The notes under the pieces were generated by a model. It ran no database searches. It saw only the letters and a list, made by a program, of their open reading frames with translations, and was not told the DNA's origin. The position numbers and the translations under genes are program-made. Of a stretch of 64,000 bases of DNA, positions 1 through 12,250 are shown one piece after another (positions within the stretch are counted from its first letter, which is position 1; every line of letters starts with the position of its first letter). Source of the stretch: Octopus sinensis (taxonomy: Eukaryota); NCBI RefSeq assembly GCF_006345805.1, contig NC_043014.1, positions 34,100,001 to 34,164,000 on the forward strand, in the 5' to 3' direction.

Positions 1-27
1 AATAGTTTTTATAAAAGTAGAAGATAT

Positions 28-437
28 AGGCGCAGGAGTGGCTGTGTGGTAAGTAGCTTGCTTACCAAGCACATGGTTCCGGGTTCAGTCCCACTGCGTG
101 GCACCTTGGCAAGTGTTTTCTACTATAGCCTCGGGCCGACCAAAGCCTTGTGAGTGGATTTGGTAGACGGAAACTGAAAGAAGCCCGTCGTATATATGTA
201 TATATATATGTATGTGTGTGTATATGTTTGTGTGTCTGCGTTTGTCCCCCCCAACATCGCTTGACAACCGATGCTGGTGTGTTTACGTCCCCGTAACTTA
301 GCGGTTCGGCAAAATAGACCGATAGAATAAGTACTAGGCGTACAAAGAATAAGTCCTGGGGTCGATTTGCTCGACTAAAGGCGGTGCTCCAGCATGGCCG
401 CAGTCAAATGACTGAAACAAGTAAAAGAGTAAAAGAG
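28..437 (+). mobile_element. tRNA-derived SINE, family A, full length
   Basis: Pol III A box (TGGCTGTGTGG) and B box (GGTTCAGTCC), internal (TA/TG)n, AAAGAGT-type tail; near-identical to 16148-16552 and many other copies here. Confidence 0.9.
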
Positions 438-1237
438 TATATAAAAAATGTATTTTTTTTAGAAAACCCTGAAAATATTTAAAACAAAAAAAAGAAGCAA
501 CCTGCTAAAAAAATTTTAAAACAACTGAAAATATAAAAATTCGTGCGGATAAAAAACAATCCTGAGAAGATAAAAACAAATTGAAAATAAAAATGACCCC
601 ACCCATGTCTTCTTACTATATTTAAAAATAGTAACTCTTACGTAGGGTTTTTTCCTTGAGCTTGTAAAATAATGTATTTCTTTTTTACGACCTTAAAAAC
701 CATCCGTTTACACACATACACACAGAGAAATCTAACAACACATCCACTGAATAAATTCAGAGTATTCCTCAGTAATCTCCCCTCGATACAAGGGGTTTCC
801 TCATTTTCGATCTGCAAAAAGGCAGCTTCCACCACCATCACCACCACACACGCACACACACGCTGTTTATTATGTGTTCTCCACACGTGTCCTCAATTTG
901 TAAAAGACGGTCATCACAGCGCCAAAAATAAATCTGAACTCAAATTGTTTATTCTTTTATTCATCCTAAAAGGTTTCACACTGGGTTGTGGCCATGCTAC
1001 AATACCGAATATTCAAAAAAGATTTTGTTCTTTCATTTCGTATAATGTATCTTCTTCTCCTTCTCCTCCTCCTCCTTCTTCTTCTTCTTGTTTACTCCTA
1101 GGTGGCCCATGATCGAGCCGCCCAACGACCGAAAGCATTCCAGCCATGACCCTCACGCATTTTTTCTCAAGCATTGCGTATTTATTAGTTATAGATATGT
1201 TTTTGTGTTTGCGTGTGTGTTTTTATTTTATTTTTAT

Positions 1238-1686
1238 AGGCGCAGGTGTGGGTGTGTAGTAAAAAACCTGCTTCCCAGCGACATGGTTCCGGGTTCAGTC
1301 CCATTGCATGGTACCTTGGTCTTCTACTATAGCCTCACCCTGACCAGAGCGCTGTGAGTGGATTTGGCAGACGGAAACTGAAAGAAGCCCGTATACATAC
1401 ATATATATGTGTATGTGTGTGTGTATGTGTGTGTGTGTGCGTGTGTGTGTGTGTGTGTGTGCGTGGGTGTGTGTGTGTGTGCGTGTGCTCGTGTCAGTGT
1501 TTTCTCCTACCACCATTTGACAACCGGTGTCGGTGTCGGTTTGTTTACGTCTCCATAACAGCGGTTCGGCAAAAGAGGCCTATATAATAAGAACTGGGGT
1601 TGATTAATTCGACCAAAAATTCTTCAAGGCGGTGCCCCAGCTTGGCCGCAGTCTAATGACTGAAACAAGTAAAAGATAAAAGATAA
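1238..1686 (+). mobile_element. SINE family A
   Basis: Same head, body and tail as 28-437, more diverged. Confidence 0.85.
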
Positions 1687-2264
1687 AATATTTTTTTAAG
1701 AGTGAGTATGATTTAAGGAAAATTTGACTGCTATTTCTAGCCGTTCGAACGATCACGTAACAACAGCCCCTGAGTTGTCTTCTGCAAAGATTTATTGTTT
1801 GACATTCCGTAAGTTTCAGATGACAAACTGTATCCGGTACATTCGACTATAGACACCCATAATGATATTTCCAAATAACTCCCAACGTCATAACGGCCAC
1901 AAATTTTTATAGGCTCTCTCTCGCTCGCGCGGAGCAGGAAGGATAATGCTGCCAAATCCCTCAAATCACGCCCTTGCATTAGATAATGCAGTGACTTGAT
2001 AGCTCGCACCAATAAAAGAGGCAGGAAGGTCGCGGTTGAAATTCTTTTAATCATTGCTCAGTCAGCAACAACTCGGCTTCTATAGTTGACTAAGTAACTT
2101 ACTCCTGCCGTGTAACTGATATTCGCGTTGTATGCTGGTGTTTATCCCCATATCAGCCCAGATTTAGCAGACCTATGATTAAAGGCGTTCCATCTGTGAC
2201 ATTCCTGTCCTTTAGAAAAATATATAATAAACAGTATATCTGACAGCATTATCTAATATTTCTA

Positions 2265-2409
2265 TATGGTTGAGAAGTTCGCTTCCTAGCCTTCTGGTCT
2301 TGGGTTCAGTCCCACTACGCGACACCTTGGGCAGGTGTCTTCCGCTATAGCCACGGACTGACCAAATGCCTTGTGGGAGGAACTGTAGACGGAAACTGAA
2401 AGAAGCCCG

Positions 2410-2445
<36 letters not shown>

Positions 2446-2650
2446 TTGTGTTGTGTTTGCCCCACCACAGCTTGACAGTTGGTGTTGATTTGTTTACTTA
2501 CCCGTAACTTGGCAGTTCGGCAAAACTGCCTCGATAGAATAAGTACCAAACTTTAAAAATATGTTATGGGGTCAATTTGTTCGGCTAAAAACCCCTGAAG
2601 GCGGTATCCCAACATGGTCGTAATCCAGTGACTGAAACAAGTAAAAGGCA
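2265..2650 (+). mobile_element. SINE family A, diverged
   Basis: GGGTTCAGTCCCACT...GACGGAAACTGAAAGAAGCCCGTCG...GACTGAAACAAGTAAAAG. Confidence 0.8.
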
Positions 2651-3249
2651 AAAAAAATAAAGACGTTAGGGTATGATTTAGAGTAGATTCAACTGCTATT
2701 TCTAACAAATCGAGTGAGCACATAGACGTTTACACATGTTTTGATATTGATGTTGTTGTTGTTTAGCCCCAGGTCAGCAATATCCCAGCAGACCTATGAT
2801 TTAAAAGATGTTTCACTTATAACAATCCCGTTTTTTTTTCTTTCATTTAGAAAGCAAATCTAGCTCTAAATTATCAAATGTGTCCCCACCCCACCCCCAA
2901 CCTTTTTTAATGAAACAATATAATTTGAGGGAGATTTGCTGTTATTTCAAGCCTAACAAGCAACCTCCTGAAGCTTAGTCTGAAGGATGAAGCTTAGACT
3001 GAAGGATGATGCTAACTTCGGCAGTCTTTCCTAACACAGCACGCTCAAACTACCATGAGCCAACGAATGGCCCTCTACTTGGTTGTTGGCCTAGTAGAAA
3101 CTACGGTCAAACCACCCAAGGAGAGACATACTGGATAATGAACTCCTGCATAGTGCCGAGAAGACGTGACTGGAACACCTTTCACTGTGTTCAATATGAG
3201 CTGGCATGCAACAACAGCAAAATAAGACATCCTTATCAACTGTGTGCGT

Positions 3250-3870
3250 AAGGCGGCGAGCTGGCAGAAACGTTAGCACGCCGGGCGAAATGCTTAAGCA
3301 GTATTTCGTCTGCCGCTACGTTCTGAGTTCAAATTCCGCCGAGGTCGACTTTGCCTTTCATCCTTTCGGGGTCGATAAATTAAGTACCAGTTACGCACTG
3401 GGGTCGATATAATCGACTTAATCCGTTTGCCTGTCCTTGTTTGTCCTCTCTGTGTTTAGCCCCTTCTGAGTAGTAAAGAAACAGGTATTTCGTCTGCCGT
3501 TACGTTCTGAGTTCAAATTCCGCCGAGGTCGACTTTGCCTTTCATCCTTTCGGGGTCGATAAATTAAGTACCAGTTACGCACTGGGGTCGATATAATCGA
3601 CTTAATCCGTTTGCCTGTCCTTGTTTGTCCACTCTGTGTTTAGCCCCTTGTGGGTAGTAAAGAAATAAGAATCGTTAGCATGCCGGGCAAAGTGCATAGC
3701 GGCATTGCGTCCGTTTTCACGTTCTGGTTCAAATTCCGCCGGGGTCGATTTTGCCTTTCATCCTTTCGGGGTCGATAAAAAAAGTACCAGGTGGGCAATT
3801 GGGTTAATGTAATGGATTTATCCCTTCCGCACAAACTGCTGACCTAGTGCCAAAATTTGAAACCATTCTT
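3250..3870 (+). mobile_element. tRNA-derived SINE family B (Nin/Deu-domain type), tandem of three bodies
   Basis: Head GGCGGCGAGCTGGCAGAA, B box GAGTTCAAATTCC, GCCTTTCATCCTTTCGGGGTCGATAAATTAAGTACCAG resembling the Nin/Deu domain, repeated three times. Confidence 0.85.
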
Positions 3871-3934
3871 AACCGTGTGTCAATGCTGCTGTGTCGCGAC
3901 AAGAATAGACTAGACAACATATAACGCTATCTTT

Positions 3935-4129
3935 ATCGTATTATCTTTTGCTGGTTTCAGTCACTGGCCTGAGGCCATGCTAGGGCACCAGCCGTGTCGA
4001 ACAAATCAACCCCCAGAACTTATTTTAAATCTGATACTTATTCTAGCGGGTTTTTTTTTTTTACCTAACGCTTAAATTGAGGGGACGAAAAGAAACCAAA
4101 ATCAGTTATCAAGCGGTGTTAAAAGGCAT

Positions 4130-4174
<45 letters not shown>

Positions 4175-4468
4175 ACACACACACACACACGCACACACAC
4201 ACGTATATGTATATAGAGAGAGACTGACAGACAGATATATATATATATATATGAGACATATATGTAACAGATACATACATACATACATACATACATACAT
4301 ACATACATACATACAATGGGCTTCCACACAGTTTCCGTCTACTAAATTCACATACAAGGTATTAGTTTTCCCAGGATTATAGTAGGAGTCTCGTACCCAA
4401 AATTTCACACCTGAAACTACGTGGTTGCAAAGCAATCTTCTTAACCACACAGCCATCCCTGCGCCTAT
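3935..4468 (-). mobile_element. SINE family A, diverged, with expanded microsatellites
   Basis: Reverse-complement head (AACCACACAGCCATCCCTGCGCCTAT) and tail (GTTTCAGTCA). Confidence 0.75.
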
Positions 4469-5144
4469 GGCGATAATTTTATAATGAGCTTTAAATTAGT
4501 TTGTTTTAGAAGGTGAGGAAATAGCTTTTACAGTCTTACTCCCCTATTTGTAAGATTGATTATGGTTGCTGTTCATACTTAAACATCTGTAGGAAAACTA
4601 GGAAAACTGTGAACAGTCAACTTATATCAAATTTCATTCATAAGGCTTTGGTCAACCACAGGCAGTGAATAGTAAAAAATGTTTGCCTAAGCATCGGGAG
4701 TAGGATCAAATCTATAACTATGCCGAAGCAAGGTGACAGAATTCTGGAAAGTCGTATTTCTAGGAGGGGTTTCCTTAGAGTGAAATCCGAGTAACGAGGG
4801 CGAGGTAGGTGTTGTCTTAGAGTTGCAATCCAGGTACCGAGTGGAAAGTAAAACGCAGAGTAGATGGAGGAGGCATGAAGCTTATAAAGTCTTGTTTGCT
4901 TTTCATCATTCTGATGTCACTAAAGTACCAGCTGTTTATTATTTGGTTTGGTTATGTAATTAAGAAGTTCACTTTGGATCTACGTAGCTTTCGATTCGAT
5001 CTCACAGCGTAGCACATAAGGAAAGTGTCTTCTACAATAGCTTCTACAACAGCGACTAAAACCTTATCAGTGGAAGACCCATCTTGAGTGATAGACTTAA
5101 TCCGTCAAGTGGGGTTACAAGACCATTTGGCTTATGGTTGCCTT

Positions 5145-5317
5145 CAGGGCCGTCTTAGCGGCATTATAGGTCTTCAGACAAATCAATGCGCTGGACCCTG
5201 TAATACTTTATTTTTTGTCAACAATAAGCTACAACATACATAAATCAGAATTGGGCTCCTAGGCCCGTGAGTCCCCTGGACAACAATCCAGTGTGCCCAG
5301 GCCTTAACACGGCACCG
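5145..5317. mobile_element. hAT-type MITE
   Basis: Imperfect TIRs CAGGGCCGTCTTAG / TTAACACGGCACCG; 8-bp TSD GTTGCCTT (5137-5144) / GTTGCGTT (5318-5325). Confidence 0.6.
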
Positions 5318-5947
5318 GTTGCGTTTGCGGGAATCACTTTCTGTCGCAAACATTCAGATTGGGTCCCCAGACTAAGGATAATGTTCTACTTTCCTCCCGC
5401 CAATCTTCGAAACATTGAAAAGAATCAGACGAGGTCCCAGGAATTTTTCGAAGGAAGGTCAGAAGGGAATACAATTCCAGAAGACAAGGGCGTAATAACA
5501 TTATTTAGAAGGGCGCACTTCTTTTCTTGAGGAACTTCTTGAGGCATGTGCTCCTCAAGCCCCACCTTGCGTCCGCCCCTGAGAATGATAGGTGCTACCC
5601 CCTTACTCATCTTAAGCTAAAGTTATTCAAAACAAAAACATCAATCCTGATAAAACAGAACAATGATTAAAGGCGTTCACTCTATGACTTTTTTTTATCT
5701 AATGTGTCCTTCCATCTTTTAAGTTTCAAGACGGTTTCAAAGATAAACTGGTTGCTACTTTTAGCAGGTCTTGCGACCACGATTTATATACCCTCTATGT
5801 CTTTAATAAATAGCACTAATATTAAGCAACACGTTTTAATCGGCTACATTCTTTCCCCCGACACATGTGTGGCCTTGGGGGAATAGAAATAATTTTTTCA
5901 AGAACGATTCTCCTTTGGTGATATTTAATTTAGTTTGATAAATATCC

Positions 5948-5979
<32 letters not shown>

Positions 5980-6079
5980 NNNNNNNNNNNNNNNNNNNNN
6001 NNNNNNNNNNNNNNNNNNNNNNNNNNNNNNNNNNNNNNNNNNNNNNNNNNNNNNNNNNNNNNNNNNNNNNNNNNNNNNN
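5980..6079. other. Assembly gap (100 N)
   Basis: Run of N following an (AG)n tract. Confidence 0.99.
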
Positions 6080-6252
6080 CCAACCATCAGATGTTGCTAC
6101 ACATCGCTGGTCACAATGCGTTCGCATTGTTTTTAGCCTTCGAATGACGCCACCCCGCTGGCTAAGCGAGCAGGCCAACAGAAGAAAGAGTGAGAGAAAG
6201 AGTGGTGAAAGAGTATAGCAGGGATCACCACCCCCTGCCGGAACCTCGTGGA
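6080..6252 (-). mobile_element. SINE family C fragment with a different 3' part
   Basis: 6175-6252 matches 37043-37125 of the tRNA-Arg-like SINE; 6080-6175 differs. Confidence 0.65.
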
Positions 6253-6340
6253 GGAAAGAAAGAAGGAGGATTTAACGTTTCGAGCGGAGCTCTTCGTCAG
6301 AAACATAGAAAAAAGAAAGATCCAAGGAAGGGAAGACGGA
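6253..6340 (-). mobile_element. Fragment of the ~210-bp (TA)n-associated element with hammerhead-like motif (6274-6300)
   Basis: Reverse complement reads CTGACGAAGAGCTCCGCTCGAAACGTT; matches 18744-18957. Confidence 0.7.
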
Positions 6341-7086
6341 TATACACACACATACATACATACTGTACTGTATGGTAAGGTTTCAGCAAGAAGTATAGCA
6401 CACGATCAGTTAAGAGAGTAAATATGTTATAATAAAAACCACAAGCCTTGTCATATGGTTACCCAGTGTTTCTTGGCCGAAATATTAAATTATTTCGCCA
6501 TTTATCAAACTGTTAAACACAAGACGGTCTGATAATCGTGTTCGATGCACTCGACGTTTGAGTGAGCACGGAGAAACACAGGGGAGATAATTAACTTCAC
6601 AGTAAATATAACCAGTGTCTTACGGATATCAAAATTGCAAAACCAACACTGGAATGGTTTATGATGTGTGATAGTTTTATCTTTAATTTCCGCTAAGATG
6701 TATTTTTTTAATTTTTAAATGATAAACTATAAATTTTTCATAGAAATCAGAGCTAGCACTGTAAGTTACAACGTTTCGTATACGTATACGTCTATGCAAA
6801 CAACGCGATCGAAGATAGATAAAAATAGGTGTATATACGTATTTCAAGAGTTATTGCACTTCCATCAGCATCACATCCAACTCAACACCTCTCCACGAAC
6901 GCATTGTTTAAATACTCATTAAGTTTAGCGGTGTAACACTATTGGATAGACCAATTTACATATCAAACACATTCTTGGCAGCTGGTACATAAATATTAAT
7001 TACTAGCAAGAACTCAGTAATTCGTTTTGCTTCCATAATATACTTCCAAATATATTAAAAGTTTAAAAATCAATATTCAGTCTTAC

Positions 7087-7180
7087 GTTTTGTGTTGGAA
7101 GTTTTGACTTGGTTTGTGCTGCCTTGGTTTGTGCTGCACCTTGGCTCTGATGGGTGTTGATAAGCAGGGTATATAAATGA
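7087..7180 (-). promoter_or_regulatory. Possible TATA promoter and short non-coding first exon
   Basis: Minus strand: TTTATATA (~7171-7178), ATCAGAG about 25 nt downstream, C/A-rich leader ending AAAAC|GTAAGA (donor at 7086); unique sequence in this window. Confidence 0.3.
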
Positions 7181-7942
7181 TCAATATACAAAACTTGTTT
7201 CTTTTTTGGCCATGATGATGAATGTGTAATTCGTGATTTGTGACAAGTACATCATTTCTGAATGTACTGAAATGAATCGGCGAAAGAAAGCCTAAACTCA
7301 TTACAGATTTTTATTTAACTGTTATGTAATTCCACAACTGCGACTAGTTCGAAGAAAACACAAAAGTCTGAACTATAGATGACGGTCTGTTTGCATGGAA
7401 AATCTCTTATTCAGTCCTTATAGTAATCTGCCACTAAGTGTATTGAAAGGGGAAGGTAAAGGGTTCAAAACCCGTGCGTGTGAAATTTGGGCTTAGGGGC
7501 TAGGACTGAGAAAATTAAGTGTGGACGAAATTGATTTGTGACTGCTGTAGGAAAACTGACTAAAAGTGACAGAAATAAACAATCAAAAAGTGAAAGAATT
7601 GGCTGGGTTTTTTTTACCTGTTTACAGGTATTGCGAATATATATACCTGAGTAAAATACACACTAAATCAGTGAAATTAAAATTGAGAGGATCTAGCTAG
7701 ATTCAACTCTGTTAAACCTAAATGATAACGAAATTGATAGGCCACACAAATGGATTTTAAGTGCACCATCAGAGAACAAAGGAAACGAACACGAAGGTTA
7801 GGTTTAGTATAGAGTGTTGAAACGAAAAAGCAATTTCAGCCATCAAAAAACCACAGAGTAAAGTTCTTGGCACAAACATACAGTGTCTTGAAAAATATAA
7901 CAGTGTTTGGTTTATGCACCGCTTTTGCTGCGGTTTACGTTA

Positions 7943-8222
7943 ATAACCAGAGCATACAAACTAGAATTATGGAAAAACTCGCTCTTTTTTTTCTTATAGT
8001 GGTGATGAATGTAATATATATGCGTACATATTATTTTGATAGACATGTGTGAAAGATACGTAAATTTATGCGTGGATAAAAACGTAGCTATAGTTCCTTA
8101 TGAATGCCAAGATTATTTTACATGCTTCATTTTCTGTGTTATACTATATTATAATTCTATTCAATATGTAGACATATATAATTGTACATAAGCATATATA
8201 TCCATATGTGTATACATACATA

Positions 8223-8264
<42 letters not shown>

Positions 8265-8542
8265 TATGTATGTATACACATATGGATATATATGCTTATG
8301 TACAATTATATATGTCTACATATTGAATAGAATTATAATATAGTATAACACAGAAAATGAAGCATGTAAAATAATCTTGGCATTCATAAGGAACTATAGC
8401 TACGTTTTTATCCACGCATAAATTTACGTATCTTTCACACATGTCTATCAAAATAATATGTACGCATATATATTACATTCATCACCACTATAAGAAAAAA
8501 AAAGAGCGAGTTTTTCCATAATTCTAGTTTGTATGCTCTGGT

Positions 8543-8545
<3 letters not shown>
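7943..8545. repeat. ~600-bp near-perfect palindrome centred on (TA)n
   Basis: 7943-~8240 is the reverse complement of ~8245-8545; the only difference I noticed is T8 versus A9. Confidence 0.92.
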
Positions 8546-8574
<29 letters not shown>

Positions 8575-8647
8575 ATTATATACATACACACATGTGTGTA
8601 TGCATTTATATAAATGTATATATGTACGTATATGTAGATATGTATGC

Positions 8648-8678
<31 letters not shown>

Positions 8679-8680
8679 AT

Positions 8681-8728
<48 letters not shown>

Positions 8729-8734
8729 TATATA

Positions 8735-8940
8735 TATAGTTAATACAAACATGAACAAGCAAGAAAAAACAACAACGCGAGGACGTGGAATAAGTAGTGT
8801 TATTGGACGCTCAGGAAAAGAAAGAAAAGAAAGAGGATTTCACGTTTCGAGCGGAGCTCTTCGTCAGAAATAGAGAAAAAGTCTAAAGAAGAGAAGACGG
8901 AGAAAGAAAGTCGACAACGATACACGCGCGGTCACATATT
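8735..8940 (-). mobile_element. ~210-bp non-autonomous element in (TA)n with hammerhead-like motif (8841-8867)
   Basis: Reverse-complement match to 18744-18957 and 55380-55578. Confidence 0.8.
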
Positions 8941-8947
8941 GAAGAAC

Positions 8948-9725
<778 letters not shown>

Positions 9726-10030
9726 TTATTTCATTACTAATATAATGGTAAATAATTATTCATTTTAAAATTAATAATTATTACCAAGTAGTTTCGGTAT
9801 GGAAAGAGAACCATTATCGGTAGGAATTTTTACAAAAAGTTTTATATATATATATATATAATTAGGGTGACGTATATTTGCCATCTCAATATGGCTACCC
9901 CTAAGGGTGGATGCTACTGTAGTTTTTATCCCCAGGGGGACACACTCCTCCAGCTGGCCATAGACACACTTTCTGTTTCCTGTCAGTATTTGCAAAGGGA
10001 AGTCATCCTTCCCGTCTTCAACTTATGATA

Positions 10031-10075
10031 CACACAGACTCGAGTTTCGAGGTATTGACCTCTCGTCAGCGTGTG
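10031..10075 (-). ncRNA. Type I hammerhead ribozyme
   Basis: RNA: CACACG CUGACGA GAGGU CAAU ACCUC GAAAC UCGA GUC^ UGUGUG; intact core, G-U wobble in stem I. Confidence 0.88.
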
Positions 10076-10391
10076 ACAATCATAGTTGTCGGCGAGAATT
10101 AGATTTCCTTCACAAATACTTATACTTTTTCCAGCGTCCACTGTCGCTGATATTGAAAAAGTGAAATCAAACAAATATACGTCACGATGTGTTACCGATA
10201 CTGTATATAACTCACTTTGATATTTATCATTGTTTGATTTCATTGTTTGAGCATCCAATAACACAGGGTGGATGCTACTGTAGTTTTTAGCCCCAAGGGG
10301 ACACACTCCTCCAGCTGGCCATAGACACACTTTCTGTGTCCTGTCAGTATTTGCAAAGGGAAGTCATCCTTCCCGTCTTCAACTTATGATA

Positions 10392-10436
10392 CACACGGAC
10401 TCGAGTTTCGAGATATTGACCTCTCGTCAGCGTGTG
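10392..10436 (-). ncRNA. Type I hammerhead ribozyme
   Basis: RNA: CACACG CUGACGA GAGGU CAAU AUCUC GAAAC UCGA GUC^ CGUGUG; intact core, G-U wobble in stem II. Confidence 0.88.
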
Positions 10437-10661
10437 ACAATCATAGTTGTCGGCGAGAATTAGATTTCCTTCACAAATACTTAGGGGTAGTCATATTGAG
10501 ATGGCAAATATACGTCACGATGTGTTACCGCTACTGTATATAACTCACTTTGATATTTATCATTGTTTGATTTCACTTTTTCAATATCAGCGACAGTGGA
10601 CGCTGGAAAAAGTATAAGTATTTGTGAAGGAAATCTAATTCTCGCCGACAACTATGATTGT

Positions 10662-10706
10662 CACACGCTGACGAGAGGTCAATACCTCGAAACTCGAGTC
10701 CGTGTG
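10662..10706 (+). ncRNA. Type I hammerhead ribozyme
   Basis: RNA: CACACG CUGACGA GAGGU CAAU ACCUC GAAAC UCGA GUC^ CGUGUG; all stems Watson-Crick, palindromic stem III (ACUCGAGU), predicted cleavage after 10700. Confidence 0.92.
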
Positions 10707-11075
10707 TATCATAAGTTGAAGACGGGAAGGATGACTTCCCTTTGCAAATACTGACAGGACACAGAAAGTGTTTCTATGGCCAGCTGGAGGAGTGTGTCCC
10801 CCTGGGGATAAAAACTACAGTAGCATCCACCCTTAGGGGTAGCCATATTGAGATGGCAAATATACGTCACGATGTGTTACCGCTACTGTATATAACTCAC
10901 TTTGATATTTATCATTATATAATTAGGGTTAAGCAACAACCTCATACCTAAAATTTAGGAATAGCAGCCAAAAACCGCTTATTCCTATTTACTACAGATA
11001 TAGCACCACATATAACATTATTTGCAACTGACATAGGCAGAAGGAAAATAACGAAATTAAACAGTCTTTGGTCAA

Positions 11076-11132
11076 TTGTGGACGCGTTTCTGGGTTAGAA
11101 TTATAAAGAGCGCATTCCCGTCATCAGCACAA
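11076..11132 (-). ncRNA. Minimal type I hammerhead ribozyme (second family)
   Basis: RNA: UUGUG CUGAUGA CGGG...CCCA GAAAC GC GUC^ CACAA; 5-bp stem I, palindromic ACGCGU stem III, C-A mismatch at the base of stem II. Confidence 0.68.
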
Positions 11133-11269
11133 CAATCCAATCAATTATAGATTCGCAAATACTATTGACCAACCTCTTGCATCTCGATCCCGCGCCATCG
11201 GAGATTACAGAAGATAGTCAGCACATCCAAATCCATATATCCATCGCTATTTTGTGACACACATGGTAA

Positions 11270-11659
11270 TCTTACTCTTTTACTTGTTTCAGTCATTTGA
11301 CTGCGGCCATACTGGAGCACCACCTTTAGTCGAGCAAATCGACCCCGGGACTTATTCTTTGTAAGCCCAGTACTTATTCTATCGGTCTCTTTTTGCCGAA
11401 CCGCTAGGTGACGGGGACGTAAGCACACCAGCATCGGTTAACAAACACAGACACACAAACATATACACATACATACATATATATACATATATACGATGGG
11501 CTTCTTTCAGTTTCCGTCTACCAAATCCACTCACAAGGCATTGGTCGGCCCGGGGTTAAAGCAGAAGACACTTGCCCAAGGTGTCACGTAGTGGGACTGA
11601 ACCCGGAACCGTGTGGTTGGTAAGCAAGCTACTTACCACACAGCCACTCCTGCGCCTAT
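11270..11659 (-). mobile_element. SINE family A, full length
   Basis: Reverse complement of 28-437. Confidence 0.9.
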
Positions 11660-11689
11660 CTTGGAGGGAAAATACGAATTCATTCGTCT

Positions 11690-12250
11690 ATATGGGTGTA
11701 ATGAAAGCATGGTCCATCTTTATCCAGTGCTTCATAATGCCAAGTTTGATACGAAGTGGAGGTAGGATAGCTTTTCCTAGTTGAACTAAATACTATTCAT
11801 CTACATTAAGAGACTCTGGAACTAATGTTTACTGCGACCATTCTTAGATCACCCAATATTTTCTACTGACTTTCTTATCCCACATGCATAAAAAGCATGG
11901 ATATTTGGTGTAGCCACTTTTTTGTCTCGGGAGAAAATTGACCATCTTAAAGTCTACGCATATCACCTATTGATGACTGTGGTATTTCATTTTCTCTAGC
12001 GTTGCTTTCATAGCTTCGTATTTCTCTGCTAGTCTTGTAGAGTGAGTAATTAAAACAGGGGTCAATGTAATACATAAATCATAATAAACACTCGTATTAA
12101 ATTTCACAGGTAAAAATGTTTTCTGAAAAATGAGGAAAATTGCAAAAATTGCAGATTTTGGGTACCTTAAAATCTAGACGTGATGATAAAAAATAAATTA
12201 CATTTTGGTATCCAGTACATCAAAAAGCCTTCAAATCGGACAAAAATGTC
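11690..12250 (-). mobile_element. Decayed DNA transposon, Chapaev3-like transposase remnant
   Basis: My minus-strand translation gives GYTKYPCFLCMWD (~11875-11915) and ILPPLRIKLGIMK (~11730-11770), recalling the GYTKxxCFLCxWD and LPPLHIKLGLMK motifs; stops present. Family name from memory. Confidence 0.65.

Larger units (their letters stand above)
9869..10915. mobile_element. Retrozyme / non-autonomous Penelope-like insertion made of a ~352-bp unit in tandem and inverted orientation
   Basis: TSD TATATAATTAGGGT at 9855-9868 and 10916-10929; unit period 10481 to 10833 on +; two partial minus-strand copies; three hammerheads; no credible ORF. Confidence 0.85.

Noticed and set aside
9983-10951. 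Repeated ORFs such as FDFTFSISATVDAGKSISICEG
   Set aside because: They recur only because the 352-bp non-coding unit recurs; starts are non-ATG or inconsistent and no domain is recognisable
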